A stretch of DNA of 64,000 bases, taken from Dehalococcoidia bacterium. Its GTDB lineage: Bacteria > Chloroflexota > Dehalococcoidia > Bin125. This document shows, in pieces, positions 30,033 through 38,851 of this stretch. The stretch is taken from assembly GCA_965237475.1 (NCBI GenBank), contig OZ250140.1, forward strand, positions 2,671,399 through 2,735,398, written 5' to 3'. The position numbers and the translations under genes are program-made. Below the pieces are notes generated by a model, which saw only the letters and a program-made list of their open reading frames with translations, was not told the origin of the DNA and searched no databases. The number at the start of each line of letters is the position of its first letter. Position 1 is the first letter of the stretch.

Positions 30033-30315
30033 GCACCCCTTGACCGGCCGGGAGGGGGTACATTTCGTCCCAACTGAGGCCCGTCAGATCCGCGTAGAGC
30101 GCATCAGCGCAGAGTTCGATGTCACCGTCCCACGCGATTGAACGATGCGGAGAGACATGCACTCGCGCGAAGAACGTGCGATCCCGCCACGCCTGGAAGA
30201 TGGGCTTTTCGGCAAGGTGCGACAGGTCAAGCTCGCCGCAGACGCCGTCAGCGTATTCGAGCCAGACCCGGTAGCCCTCGCGCGCCTCAACGTGGATCGG
30301 CTGCACAAGTTGCAT
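30025..30315 (-). CDS. DUF2442 family protein (putative antitoxin)
   Basis: V.AREGYRVWL.Y.DG..GELDLS...F..V.V....IAW.GDIELCADALY; overlaps the DUF4160 start by 8 nt. Confidence 0.88.
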   Translation of the reverse strand: MQLVQPIHVEAREGYRVWLEYADGVCGELDLSHLAEKPIFQAWRDRTFFARVHVSPHRSIAWDGDIELCADALYADLTGLSWDEMYPLPAGQGVHA

Positions 30316-30373
30316 GCCGCGAGGATACCCGATCGTGCCGCGATCGGCGGCCACGGAGGTTGAATTCGGGCCG

Positions 30374-30507
30374 CCGTAGGCTTCACGCGCGAAGCCCCGC
30401 TGGAGAAGTGGATGCGCGACGCGAAGATCTTTCAGATCTTTGAGGGGGCGAATCAGATTCAGCGGATGGTGATCGCGCGGCGCATTCAGGAGCGGTTCTT
30501 CAACTAG
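30374..30507 (+). repeat. Second copy of the 3' ~130 bp of the acyl-CoA dehydrogenase gene
   Basis: Near-identical to ~29601-29734, encoding ...[35 protein letters not shown]. Confidence 0.92.
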
Positions 30508-31358
30508 GGCCTGTTCACATCGGCTGAGGGTTGTGGCAGAGTGAGGAGGGTTGGCGGCGCGGTCTTGGTGAGCAGATGACAAACCAGAAGCGACTGACCG
30601 ACGCGCAGTACGCGCGGATTGCGGCGTTGCTGCCGCCGCCGAGCAACCATCTCAAGATTCCTCATCGTCAGGTGCTCGACGCGTGGTTGTACGTGCTCTA
30701 TCAGGGTTGCACCTGGCGCGGGCTGCCGACGGAGTTCGGCAACTGGCACACGATCTATGTGCGGCTCAACCGCTGGGCCACAGCGGGCGTGCTGGCACGG
30801 GTCGCCGCTGCGTTGCAGCGCGAGGCGCTGGCCGGCGTGGACCTGGACACGCTCGCGCTGGACAGCACGATCATCAAGTTTCACGCCCACGGGACGGGCG
30901 CGCCCACAAAAAGGGGCGTCAGGCGATCGGCCGCTCGCGCGGCGGCCTGACCTGCAAGCTGCACGTCGTCGCGGCCGACGACCGCACCCCGCTCGCGTTC
31001 GCGCTCTCACCGGGTCAGGCCGGCGATGGACCGGCCGGACGCGCGTTGTTGCGCAGGCTGGGACCGGTCAGCGGTTGCCCGGCGTTGGTCATGGATCGCG
31101 CCTACGAGGGAAACCGGACCCGCCGCCTGGCCGTCGAGTTGGGCTACGACCCGGTGGTCCCGCCCAAGTCCAATCGCCGCCAACCCTGGGACTACGACGC
31201 CGTTCGCTACCGCAAGCGCAACGAGATCGAACGCTTCTTCTGTCGGCTCAAGCGCTTCCGCCGCATCGCTACGCGCTACGACAAGCTCGACGTCATCTTC
31301 CTCAGCCTGATCTACCTCGTGCTCATCTACGACGCACTGCAATCGATGTGAACAGGCC
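30508..31358 (+). mobile_element. IS5-family insertion sequence (IS427-like subgroup), ~850 bp
   Basis: TIR GGCCTGTTCACATC/GATGTGAACAGGCC, CTAG on both sides, two overlapping transposase ORFs. Confidence 0.93.
30576..31351 (+). CDS. IS5-family transposase, OrfA (30576-30950) plus OrfB joined by -1 frameshift
   Basis: OrfA LTD.Q..RI..LLP...GC.WR.LP..FG.W.TIY.R..RW; slippery AAAAAGGGG at 30908-30916; OrfB GRSRGG...K.H, DRAY, RNEIERFF.RLK.FRRIATRYDK. Confidence 0.9.
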
Positions 31359-31397
31359 CTAGGGTGTTGGCGTCTGCCCGGGAGCTATGCTGACGCC

Positions 31398-31757
31398 ATG
31401 ACGACTGCTCGCGCGACTCACTACAACGATCTGAGCGCGGAGTATCTGCGCAAGGCGCGGGCGCATTTGGCCGAGGGCGATCTGACGCAGGCGTCGGAGA
31501 AGGGCTGGGGCGCGGCGGCGACGGCTGTGAAGGCGGTGGCGGAGGCTCGGGGATGGCAGCACGACGGCCATCGGGATTTGTGGCATGTCGTACGACAGCT
31601 CGTCCGCGAGACCAGCGATCGCGACCTGCGCCTTCATTTCGGCTACGCGCAGACGATGCACATCAACTTCTATGAGGCATGGTTGGAGCGTGACGACGTC
31701 GAGGAGTACCTCGTTCAAGTTGAGCAACTGGTGGGCAAGCTGGACGCTTTGGCGTAG
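31398..31757 (+). CDS. PaREP1 family (HEPN-like) protein, copy 1
   Basis: A..HL..GDL.QASEKGWGAAA.AVKA...H.NFYE. Confidence 0.88.
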   Translation: MTTARATHYNDLSAEYLRKARAHLAEGDLTQASEKGWGAAATAVKAVAEARGWQHDGHRDLWHVVRQLVRETSDRDLRLHFGYAQTMHINFYEAWLERDDVEEYLVQVEQLVGKLDALA

Positions 31758-31810
31758 CGCGGGCGCGTCCCTTCGGCCCCGATCGAGTCGGCGCGGGTAT
31801 GCTGGGCGGC

Positions 31811-32170
31811 ATGACGACCGCCCGGACGGGTCACTACAGCGATTTGAGCGCCGAGTACCTGCGCAAGGCGCGGGCGCATCTGGCTGAAGGCGATCTGACG
31901 CAGGCGTCGGAAAAGGGCTGGGGCGCGGCGGCGGTGGCGGTGAAGGCAGTGGCCGAGGCGCGGGGGCTGCGGCATGAAGGGCATCGGGAGCTGTGGCGAG
32001 CGTTGGAACGACTGGCGGAGGAGACCGGCGACGGGGAGCTTCGCGCGCAGTTCGGACTCGCAGGGGCGTTGCATACCAACTTCTACGAGGCGTGGCTCGG
32101 CGCGGAGACGGTTGAGGACTACCTCGGCCACGTCGAGCGGCTGGTGGGGAAGTTGGGCGCGCTGGCGTAG
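31811..32170 (+). CDS. PaREP1 family (HEPN-like) protein, copy 2
   Basis: Tandem paralogue; N-terminal half nearly identical to copy 1. Confidence 0.88.
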   Translation: MTTARTGHYSDLSAEYLRKARAHLAEGDLTQASEKGWGAAAVAVKAVAEARGLRHEGHRELWRALERLAEETGDGELRAQFGLAGALHTNFYEAWLGAETVEDYLGHVERLVGKLGALA

Positions 32171-32205
32171 CGCGGATATCGGCCACCCATGTCGAAGACC
32201 GAGCA

Positions 32206-33027
32206 TCATTGGCCCCGTCGCGTAGCGACCCATTCTTCCCTGCTTCGAAAGTGATCAGCGACCCGTGTATTCCGGTTCTTCAGGAACTCGGTCGGAATAT
32301 CGGCCGCCAGAGGATCGGTTTGGTGTCTCTCAACCGTGGGAAACAACACATTCGCGACGAGACCGTTACCGCCCACCAGCATGAAGGCACCGGTTAACCT
32401 GAGTTTGAGGCGATCATCGAGTGACAGGAATGCCTTCTCGCGATCTCGATGGGGCTCCCTCAAGATCGTGACGAACAAATGCGACATGTGCGCTAACCAT
32501 GGAATCGTTCGGTTCCAATAGCGACCCACTTCGTCGAGGCGAGCGGCAGTGTACATCGCGCACTCCGCGATGCTCTGGGGCCTTTTCCCGTCGCTCCTGT
32601 TGGTGGCTTGATAATGCTGATTGGGATAAGGAGGCTCTTCCGGAAACAATCTGACTAAAGTGGTCTCGTCTGCCAGCATCTGGTCGGTACCAGGTAGATT
32701 GTCAGAGTCACGGTTTACTAGCTCCACTGTCTTTCGCAATGCATCCCGGTACGTAGCTGACGAATTCCAAATCACGTTGTAGGATGGCATGCCGACGACG
32801 AACTGGCCGAATCCTAGCCAGTGATGTCGGACCGCTTCGTCCATTCCGCCGATGACCCGCTCCCGGACGTCATTGTCCTGACCCATCAGCGCCGCGAATT
32901 CATCGCACATGACTGACAGAAGCGGATCTGAATCTGCCCACGCCTTGGACGCATCGCGAAACCGGTTGCGCAAGAATGTCCATGCGGTCTCGTGGTTCGT
33001 CGGCGGCTCAGTTGGGAATAGACGCAT
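32206..33027 (-). CDS. Hypothetical protein (~273 aa), lower GC, with an internal RLFP.EPP repeat
   Basis: Long open frame with atypical codon usage; ATG lies 2 nt after the HNH stop; no family recognised. Confidence 0.7.
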   Translation of the reverse strand: MRLFPTEPPTNHETAWTFLRNRFRDASKAWADSDPLLSVMCDEFAALMGQDNDVRERVIGGMDEAVRHHWLGFGQFVVGMPSYNVIWNSSATYRDALRKTVELVNRDSDNLPGTDQMLADETTLVRLFPEEPPYPNQHYQATNRSDGKRPQSIAECAMYTAARLDEVGRYWNRTIPWLAHMSHLFVTILREPHRDREKAFLSLDDRLKLRLTGAFMLVGGNGLVANVLFPTVERHQTDPLAADIPTEFLKNRNTRVADHFRSREEWVATRRGQ

Positions 33028-33029
33028 CT

Positions 33030-33269
33030 TCAACCCCTCGATACCATCCTCCCGCGATGCTTGTTCTCCGCTCGCAGCCCATTCAACGTTAGGCGGTCGG
33101 ACTTGATTCGGTTGCATGGGCCACATAGGAGCATGCGGTTGGAGATGTGGTTGAGGCCGCCCTCGGAGCGCGGCGTTTTGTGATCCAGCTGGAGGTAGAG
33201 CGGGTCGTCGAAGTCGCGGTCGCAGCCTGCGCAGACCATCCCGTTCTCCTCGATCAGGATGTCGACCAT
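33030..33269 (-). CDS. Small HNH endonuclease (possibly the C-terminal remnant of a larger gene)
   Basis: CAGC...LDHKTPRSEGG.N..SN..LLCGPCNRIKS. Confidence 0.8.
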   Translation of the reverse strand: MVDILIEENGMVCAGCDRDFDDPLYLQLDHKTPRSEGGLNHISNRMLLCGPCNRIKSDRLTLNGLRAENKHRGRMVSRG

Positions 33270-33684
33270 CTGCGCGCAGCGCCATGTTCAGAGTCCCGTG
33301 CAGATGTTCGCACGCTGACGGGCGGCTGGCAAGGCTGCGTGGGTGCGGGCCCCCCTCAGCGCCCTGGCTGTCCAGGGGCAAGCTGCTGTTTGGCAGCTCC
33401 CCCGCGGGGGGAGCAGGGGAGCGTGGGCGGCGGTGATCAGTTTGGGGGGATTTTTCGTTCTCGGCCGGGTTTCGGGAGTTGTTTCTATCTGGTCGGGAGG
33501 CGTGGGGGCGATCAATTTCGTTTGGCGGTGTTCAGTGAGGATCGGGCGCGGTGATCGGGGTCGGCTCGATCCGGCGGGTCTGACGGAGGCGTCGGCGCGG
33601 TTGCGCGTGATGCGCATCAGTGGAACTCCTGTTCTGATGCGATGGTACCAGGGTTCTGCGATGTCGGGGATGCGCTGTCGCCCC

Positions 33685-33864
33685 TCCCCCCTCTGCCTGC
33701 GGCATCTCCCCCTCAGGGGGGAGAGTGGAGAGGGCAGTGGCTGGCAAGCGCGGCGGCTCCCCCCTCTGCCTGCGGCATCTCCCCCCTCAGGGGGGAGAGT
33801 GGAGAGGGCAGTGGCTGGCGAGCGCGGCGGCTCCCCCCTCTGCTTGCGGCATCTCCCCCCTCAG
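33685..33864. repeat. Tandem array of 73-74-bp palindromic units; the third unit is split by an IS and resumes at 35087-35108
   Basis: Units start at 33685, 33758 and 33832: TCCCCCCTCTGCCTGCGGCATCTCCCCC(C)TCAGGGGGGAGAGTGGAGAGGGCAGTGGCTGGC. Confidence 0.9.
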
Positions 33865-35086
33865 GAGACCTGCGCGTAAGTCGTGTTGGTGCTGGTTTGA
33901 CGGGGAGCGGCCCGTTGTCGGGGGCGTGATTGTGGTGTGGCTCGGTTGGATCGTCGGGCAGCGCGCGGAGCGGGGTGCGGTGTGCGCCGGCGGTGGGCTC
34001 GAGCGGCGCGTTCGGGGCGGCGTGGGCTGAGTCAGCGGCTGTTCAGGCGAGCGCGCGGCTGAGCAGCGTATCGGCGCGTCGGAGGTTGTAGGCCATGCAC
34101 TTGAAGAGCAGTTCGAGCGTGTTGCGTTCGAGTCCGAGATAGCGCACGCGGCGGTAGCCGTAGTGCTGCTTGAGGGTGGCGAAGACGCGTTCCACGGCTG
34201 CGCGGCGGCGTTCGATCAGCTCGTTGCGGCGCCGCTGCCAATGCGGCAGCTGGGGCAAGTACTTGTGTCGGCGGTGTTTGATCCGGTCCTTGACCCCGGC
34301 CGCGCGCAGGCGCCGGCGACGCGCTTTGTCCTCGTAGGCGCGGTCGGCGTAGACGGCCTGCTCGTCGCCCACGATCAAGCCGTCCGCCACTTCGGTCTCG
34401 TTCACGTGGGCCGGCTGCAGCTCGGCCCGGCGGACCAGGCCCGAACCCTGGTCGACGCCGAGATGGCCCTGATAGCCGAAGTACGAGCGCCCGCCCTTGC
34501 GCGTCCAGCTGGCGTCCCGGTCGCGCTCGCTGCGCGCGCCCGCGCCCGCACCGTGCGCGGGCCGGCGGACCTGCGCCTCGACCAGCGTGGCGTCCAGCAG
34601 CGTGCCCTGCTTGAGCACCAGCGCCTGCGCCTCCAACTGACCGTTGAGCTCGTCGAACAGCGGCCGGGCCAAGCCGCGCCGCACCAGCTGGAGGCGGAAG
34701 CGGCTCACCGTCGAGCGGTCCGGCGCGTCCGCGTCCAGACCGAGCCCGACGAAGCGGCGGAATGAGACCCGGTCCCAGAGCGCCGCTTCCAACTGCTCGT
34801 CCGACAGCGCGTACCACTCGCGCAGCAGCAACGCCTTGACCATCAGCAACGGCGGATAGGCCGGCCGGCCGCGCGGCGCGTCGTAGACCACCGAGACGAT
34901 CGCGGCCAACGGCGCCCAGTCGACCAGCGCCGTAATCCGCTCCAGCTGAGCGTTGCGGCCCAAGCGCTGCGGCGCCAGCGCCTCAATGAACGTCTCGCCG
35001 CCGGACTCGCGATGCATGGCCTGCCTCCTACCTGATGCATTCGTTCCCCGCCATGATCGCCGATCCCCGATTTACGCGCAGGTCTC
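33865..35086 (-). mobile_element. IS5-family insertion sequence (~1220 bp)
   Basis: 15-bp TIR GAGACCTGCGCGTAA/TTACGCGCAGGTCTC, CTCAG on both sides (TCA if the TIR is extended by 1 bp). Confidence 0.93.
34043..35017 (-). CDS. IS5-family DDE transposase
   Basis: GRPAYPP..M.K.LLL..WY.LSD, SFRRF.G, PD.ST..RFR, DAT, FGY..H..VD, YADRAY, R..VE..F..LK. Confidence 0.95.
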   Translation of the reverse strand: MHRESGGETFIEALAPQRLGRNAQLERITALVDWAPLAAIVSVVYDAPRGRPAYPPLLMVKALLLREWYALSDEQLEAALWDRVSFRRFVGLGLDADAPDRSTVSRFRLQLVRRGLARPLFDELNGQLEAQALVLKQGTLLDATLVEAQVRRPAHGAGAGARSERDRDASWTRKGGRSYFGYQGHLGVDQGSGLVRRAELQPAHVNETEVADGLIVGDEQAVYADRAYEDKARRRRLRAAGVKDRIKHRRHKYLPQLPHWQRRRNELIERRRAAVERVFATLKQHYGYRRVRYLGLERNTLELLFKCMAYNLRRADTLLSRALA

Positions 35087-35254
35087 CTCAGGGGGGAGAG
35101 TGGAGAGGGGGATGCTTGGCTATAGCGCGCCGGCCCAGGAGAGCAGCATCCAGACCAGGACGCCTGCGAATGCGCCGAGCACGGTTAGCTGGAACAGGAT
35201 CAATAGCTCGGTGGGTCCTCGCCTCGGCATGACGGGCAGCATACCCTCGGACTC

Positions 35255-35578
35255 ATGCTTGAACTCAGCGAGTGGCGCGACATCGGCCTGATCTTGCTCG
35301 CGGTCGCGTTCGCGGTCGTCTTGGTGGGCTTCCTGGTGTTGACGCTGATCGCCGGGTGGATCGGCTTTCGCGTCATCCGTGGACTCCAGCGCGCCCACGA
35401 CGAGCGGCTGCTGACAGCGCTGAGCACGATCGAACAGCGGCAGGCCAGCTGGCGCGAGCAAGGCCTGCTCGAGCCGCAGGGCCTGCCCGAACTGGCCCGC
35501 CGGCTCGCTGCGCTGCGGCACCGGCGGCGGTCCAAGCCGAAACGGCGTCTCTGGGGCCTGCTCCCGCCCGCGCGTTAG
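35255..35578 (+). CDS. Hypothetical membrane protein
   Basis: One long hydrophobic helix followed by a basic tail. Confidence 0.6.
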   Translation: MLELSEWRDIGLILLAVAFAVVLVGFLVLTLIAGWIGFRVIRGLQRAHDERLLTALSTIEQRQASWREQGLLEPQGLPELARRLAALRHRRRSKPKRRLWGLLPPAR

Positions 35579-35675
35579 CGGCCTCGCGGTTGTTCCGCGC
35601 CCCGCTCTGGCCTAGCCTTTGGCCTGATCGCGACCGCCCAGCGGGGGCCGGCGCGCAAATTTTGAAGGGACGCCC

Positions 35676-36791
35676 ATGAAGGCGGCAATCTTCGACCCCG
35701 AGAATCAGGCAAAAGACGGCGACCGCTCGGTGCTTGAGGTGCACGACATTGACGTGCGCGACCCGGAGCCCTCTGAAGTCCTGGTCCGAACCACCACCAG
35801 TGGCGTCTGCCACAGCGACCTGCACTTTATCGATGGCAAGTGGGCGGCCGCCTTCGGCGGGCTGCCGGCCGTGCTCGGCCACGAGGCCGCCGGCGTGGTT
35901 GAGTCCGTCGGCGACGATGTCACCTACGTGCGGCCCGGCGACAACGTGATCATGTCGTTCCGCCCCTTCTGCGGGGAGTGCTACTGGTGCCTGCGCGGCG
36001 AGCCGAACCTGTGCCCGGCGCCCAACGACGCCGCGCTCTCGCGTAGCCGCCTCACCTGGGACGGCCGCCCGGTGGTGCAGATGGCCTCGGTCGGTTCGTT
36101 CGGTGAGTACATGCTCACCACCCAGGCCGGTGTGCTGAAGATTCCCGAAGACATCCCGCCGGCCGAGGCGGCGCTGGTTGGCTGCGGCGTGATGACCGGC
36201 GTCGGCGCGGCGCTCTACACCGCGAAGGTGCCCGGCGGCGCGGTGGTGGCGGTGATCGGCTGCGGCGGCGTTGGTCTCAACGTCATCCAGGGTTGCCGGA
36301 TCGCGGGCGCCAGTCAGATCATCGCCGTCGACATCCTCGACAACAAGCTCGAGATGGCGACCAACTTCGGCGCGACGAGCACGATCAACGCGGCCAACGT
36401 TGACGCCGTCGAGGCCGTCAAGGAGGCGACCGGGGGCGACGGCGTGGAGATTGCCTTCGAGGCGATCGGCAACGTCAACGCCGCTCGCCAGGCCTGGGAC
36501 ATGGTCCGCGCCGGCGGCACCGCGTGCATCGTGGGGATGATGCCGCTGGGCTCCGAGGTCAGCCTGCCGGGTCCCGAGTTCCTGCAGGAGAAGAAGGCGA
36601 TCGGCTGCATGTACGGCAGCACCCGCTTCCGCGAGCACATGCCGAAGCTGCTCGACCTCTACCGCCAGGACAAGCTGGATCTGACCGGTCTGGTCACGAG
36701 GCGCTTCGAGCTGGGCGAGATCAACGAGGCGTTTGCCGCGATGCAGAACGGCGAAGTCGCGCGCGGGGTGCTGGACATCTCGCAGCCCTAG
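35676..36791 (+). CDS. Zn-dependent alcohol dehydrogenase (class III-like MDR)
   Basis: GVCHSD, GHEAAG, CGECYWC..G.PNLC, GCGVMTG, GCGGVG. Confidence 0.95.
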   Translation: MKAAIFDPENQAKDGDRSVLEVHDIDVRDPEPSEVLVRTTTSGVCHSDLHFIDGKWAAAFGGLPAVLGHEAAGVVESVGDDVTYVRPGDNVIMSFRPFCGECYWCLRGEPNLCPAPNDAALSRSRLTWDGRPVVQMASVGSFGEYMLTTQAGVLKIPEDIPPAEAALVGCGVMTGVGAALYTAKVPGGAVVAVIGCGGVGLNVIQGCRIAGASQIIAVDILDNKLEMATNFGATSTINAANVDAVEAVKEATGGDGVEIAFEAIGNVNAARQAWDMVRAGGTACIVGMMPLGSEVSLPGPEFLQEKKAIGCMYGSTRFREHMPKLLDLYRQDKLDLTGLVTRRFELGEINEAFAAMQNGEVARGVLDISQP

Positions 36792-36860
36792 GCGGCGGTC
36801 AAGCGCGCGCACGGAACGGCCCCCGTAAGGGGGTCGTTCTGTCCCTCCGAAGCGGAACAA

Positions 36861-38186
36861 GTGACCGCCGTGTTCCCCGAACCCAACCTGGTTGAATCGC
36901 TGCCGCCTCGTTCCGCGCCGCGCGCGGCTCGATCGGGGACGCCCGAGGACGCGCTTGGTCAAATCCCGGATGGGGCGCGGGTGGTGATCCCGCCGCTCTC
37001 GGGGACTCCGTTCGGCTTGCTTGAGGAGCTCGACCGGCTGCGCGAGCGCTGGAGCCAGATCGAGCTTGCCGGCGGGCAGCTGCTGCAGGCGATCGCACCG
37101 CTCAACCACCCCGGCGAGCCATTCAGCTTCACCACGTACCAGATGAGCGGCCCCTACCGTCTCGCCGAGGAGGCCGGCGTCCTGCGACATGTCGCGGCGT
37201 CCTACGCGCTGGTGCCGCAGCTCTTTGCGCCCGACAGCGCGCTGCCGGCCGATGCGGTGTTGGTGCAGGTCAGCCGGCCCAATGCAGAAGGCATGCACTC
37301 GCTGGGCAGCTCGGTTGGCGGCATCGTTCACGCGATCCGCACGGCGCCGCTGGTGATCGCTCAGATCAACCCTCGCGTGCCCTACAGCTTCGGGGCCTCT
37401 GAAGTCCGCGCTGAGGAGTTCGACTGGCTAGTCGAGCTGGAGTGCGGCATCCCCGAGGCCAACCGTGCGCCGCCCGGACCGGTCGAGCGCCAGATCGCCG
37501 AACACGTGGTGTCGCTCGTGCCCGACGGGGCGACGCTGCAGTTTGGGATCGGCGCGATGCCCGAGGCGATCATGGGCCTGCTGAGCAGCCGCTCCGAGCT
37601 GGGCATCCACTCCGGGCTGATCAGCGACGGGATCGTCGACCTGCTCGAGAGCGGCGCGATCACGGGCGCCCGCAAGGCGACGGCGCCGGGCTTCATCGTC
37701 GCCACCGAGGCGATCGGCACGGCCTCGCTCTACCGCTGGCTGGATCGCAACGAGAGCGTGCGCTTCGCCCCTGCGAGCTACACCCACTCGCCGACGGTGC
37801 TGGCCCAGCAGCGGAACTTCGTCGCGATCAACTCGGCTGTTGAGGTCGCGCTCGATGGCACGGTCAACGCCGAGTCGATCCGTGGACGGCGCATCTCGGG
37901 ACCCGGCGGACAGCCCGACTTCGCGGCATCAGCGGTGATTCACGGCGGCGCGAGCGTGATCGCGCTGCCCTCGACCGCCGCGCGCGGTCGGGTTTCGCGA
38001 ATCGTCAAGCAGCTGCCCCAGGGCGCAGCGGTCACGACTCCGTCCTACTTCGCCGACATCGTCGTCACGGAGTACGGGATCGCGCGTCTACGCGGCCGCA
38101 CGATGGACCAGCGAGCTGATGCGCTGCGCCAAATCGCGCACCCCGAATTCCGCGCCGGACTCGCCGGCGACCCCGGATCCAACTGA
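36861..38186 (+). CDS. Acetyl-CoA hydrolase / 4-hydroxybutyrate CoA-transferase family protein
   Basis: DGATLQFGIG, INSAVEV.LDG, SG.GGQ.DF, SRIV, VVTEYGIA.LRG, IAHPEFR. Confidence 0.92.
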   Translation: MTAVFPEPNLVESLPPRSAPRAARSGTPEDALGQIPDGARVVIPPLSGTPFGLLEELDRLRERWSQIELAGGQLLQAIAPLNHPGEPFSFTTYQMSGPYRLAEEAGVLRHVAASYALVPQLFAPDSALPADAVLVQVSRPNAEGMHSLGSSVGGIVHAIRTAPLVIAQINPRVPYSFGASEVRAEEFDWLVELECGIPEANRAPPGPVERQIAEHVVSLVPDGATLQFGIGAMPEAIMGLLSSRSELGIHSGLISDGIVDLLESGAITGARKATAPGFIVATEAIGTASLYRWLDRNESVRFAPASYTHSPTVLAQQRNFVAINSAVEVALDGTVNAESIRGRRISGPGGQPDFAASAVIHGGASVIALPSTAARGRVSRIVKQLPQGAAVTTPSYFADIVVTEYGIARLRGRTMDQRADALRQIAHPEFRAGLAGDPGSN

Positions 38187-38375
38187 ACGTCGCCGACTCG
38201 ATGCGCCGGCCTGGTTCGCGGACGGATCGCGCTGCTCTCCCTGAGCGGCCGAGTGCGAACTCGGACGCGCAGCGTGCGACGCCTGTGCGACACCCGTCAC
38301 GCTGCTTTGACACAAGGCATCGCCGTGGGTCATATTCTGAGTTTGGAAACCCCGTTCCACAGCGCGGAGATCATC

Positions 38376-38816
38376 ATGCCCGAAGCCATCGAAGACATGC
38401 TCGCCAATACCTCCCTGTTCGCTCGCGTCGATCGCGCGCACCTCGGCGAGATTGCGGCCTGGGTTCAGCTGCAGACGTTCGACACCGGCCAGACGATCGA
38501 GCGCGAGGGCGACCTCGGCACCGCGCTGCACGTGATTCGCAGTGGCGGCGTTGATGTCTACCAGGGCTACGGCTCCGACCACCAGCAGCATCTCGCCAGC
38601 TTCGGCGAGGGCGATTTCTTCGGCGAGATGGCGCTCCTGCTCGGCCGTCCGCGCAGCGCGACCGTGATCGCCAACGAGCCCACCGAGTGCATCGTGATTC
38701 TGCGCAACACGGTCGAGGAGCAGGCCACCGTCGCGCTGCTCTGGTCGATGCTGCACCACATCGCCGAGCGCCTCTCGAGCGCCGACGAGCAGCTCGGCGA
38801 GATGGCCTCGCACTAG
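38376..38816 (+). CDS. Stand-alone cyclic-nucleotide-binding domain protein
   Basis: EGD.G..L.VI.SG.V, GDFFGEMALL...PRSATV.A. Confidence 0.9.
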   Translation: MPEAIEDMLANTSLFARVDRAHLGEIAAWVQLQTFDTGQTIEREGDLGTALHVIRSGGVDVYQGYGSDHQQHLASFGEGDFFGEMALLLGRPRSATVIANEPTECIVILRNTVEEQATVALLWSMLHHIAERLSSADEQLGEMASH

Positions 38817-38851
38817 CCAGCGGGCACGAGTTGGCACGGAGGGTCGGGCGC

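Noticed and set aside
29735-33300. Integron cassette array
   Set aside because: The cargo looks cassette-like, but I found no repeated attC-like sites and no integron integrase.
33685-33864. Possible CRISPR array
   Set aside because: The intervening segments are near-identical rather than unique spacers, the unit belongs to a dispersed palindrome family, and no cas genes are present.
35373-37331. 652-aa minus-strand ORF, and similar long ORFs at 41126-42571, 45659-47245 and 54303-55751
   Set aside because: Antisense shadows of well-supported genes, with no motifs.
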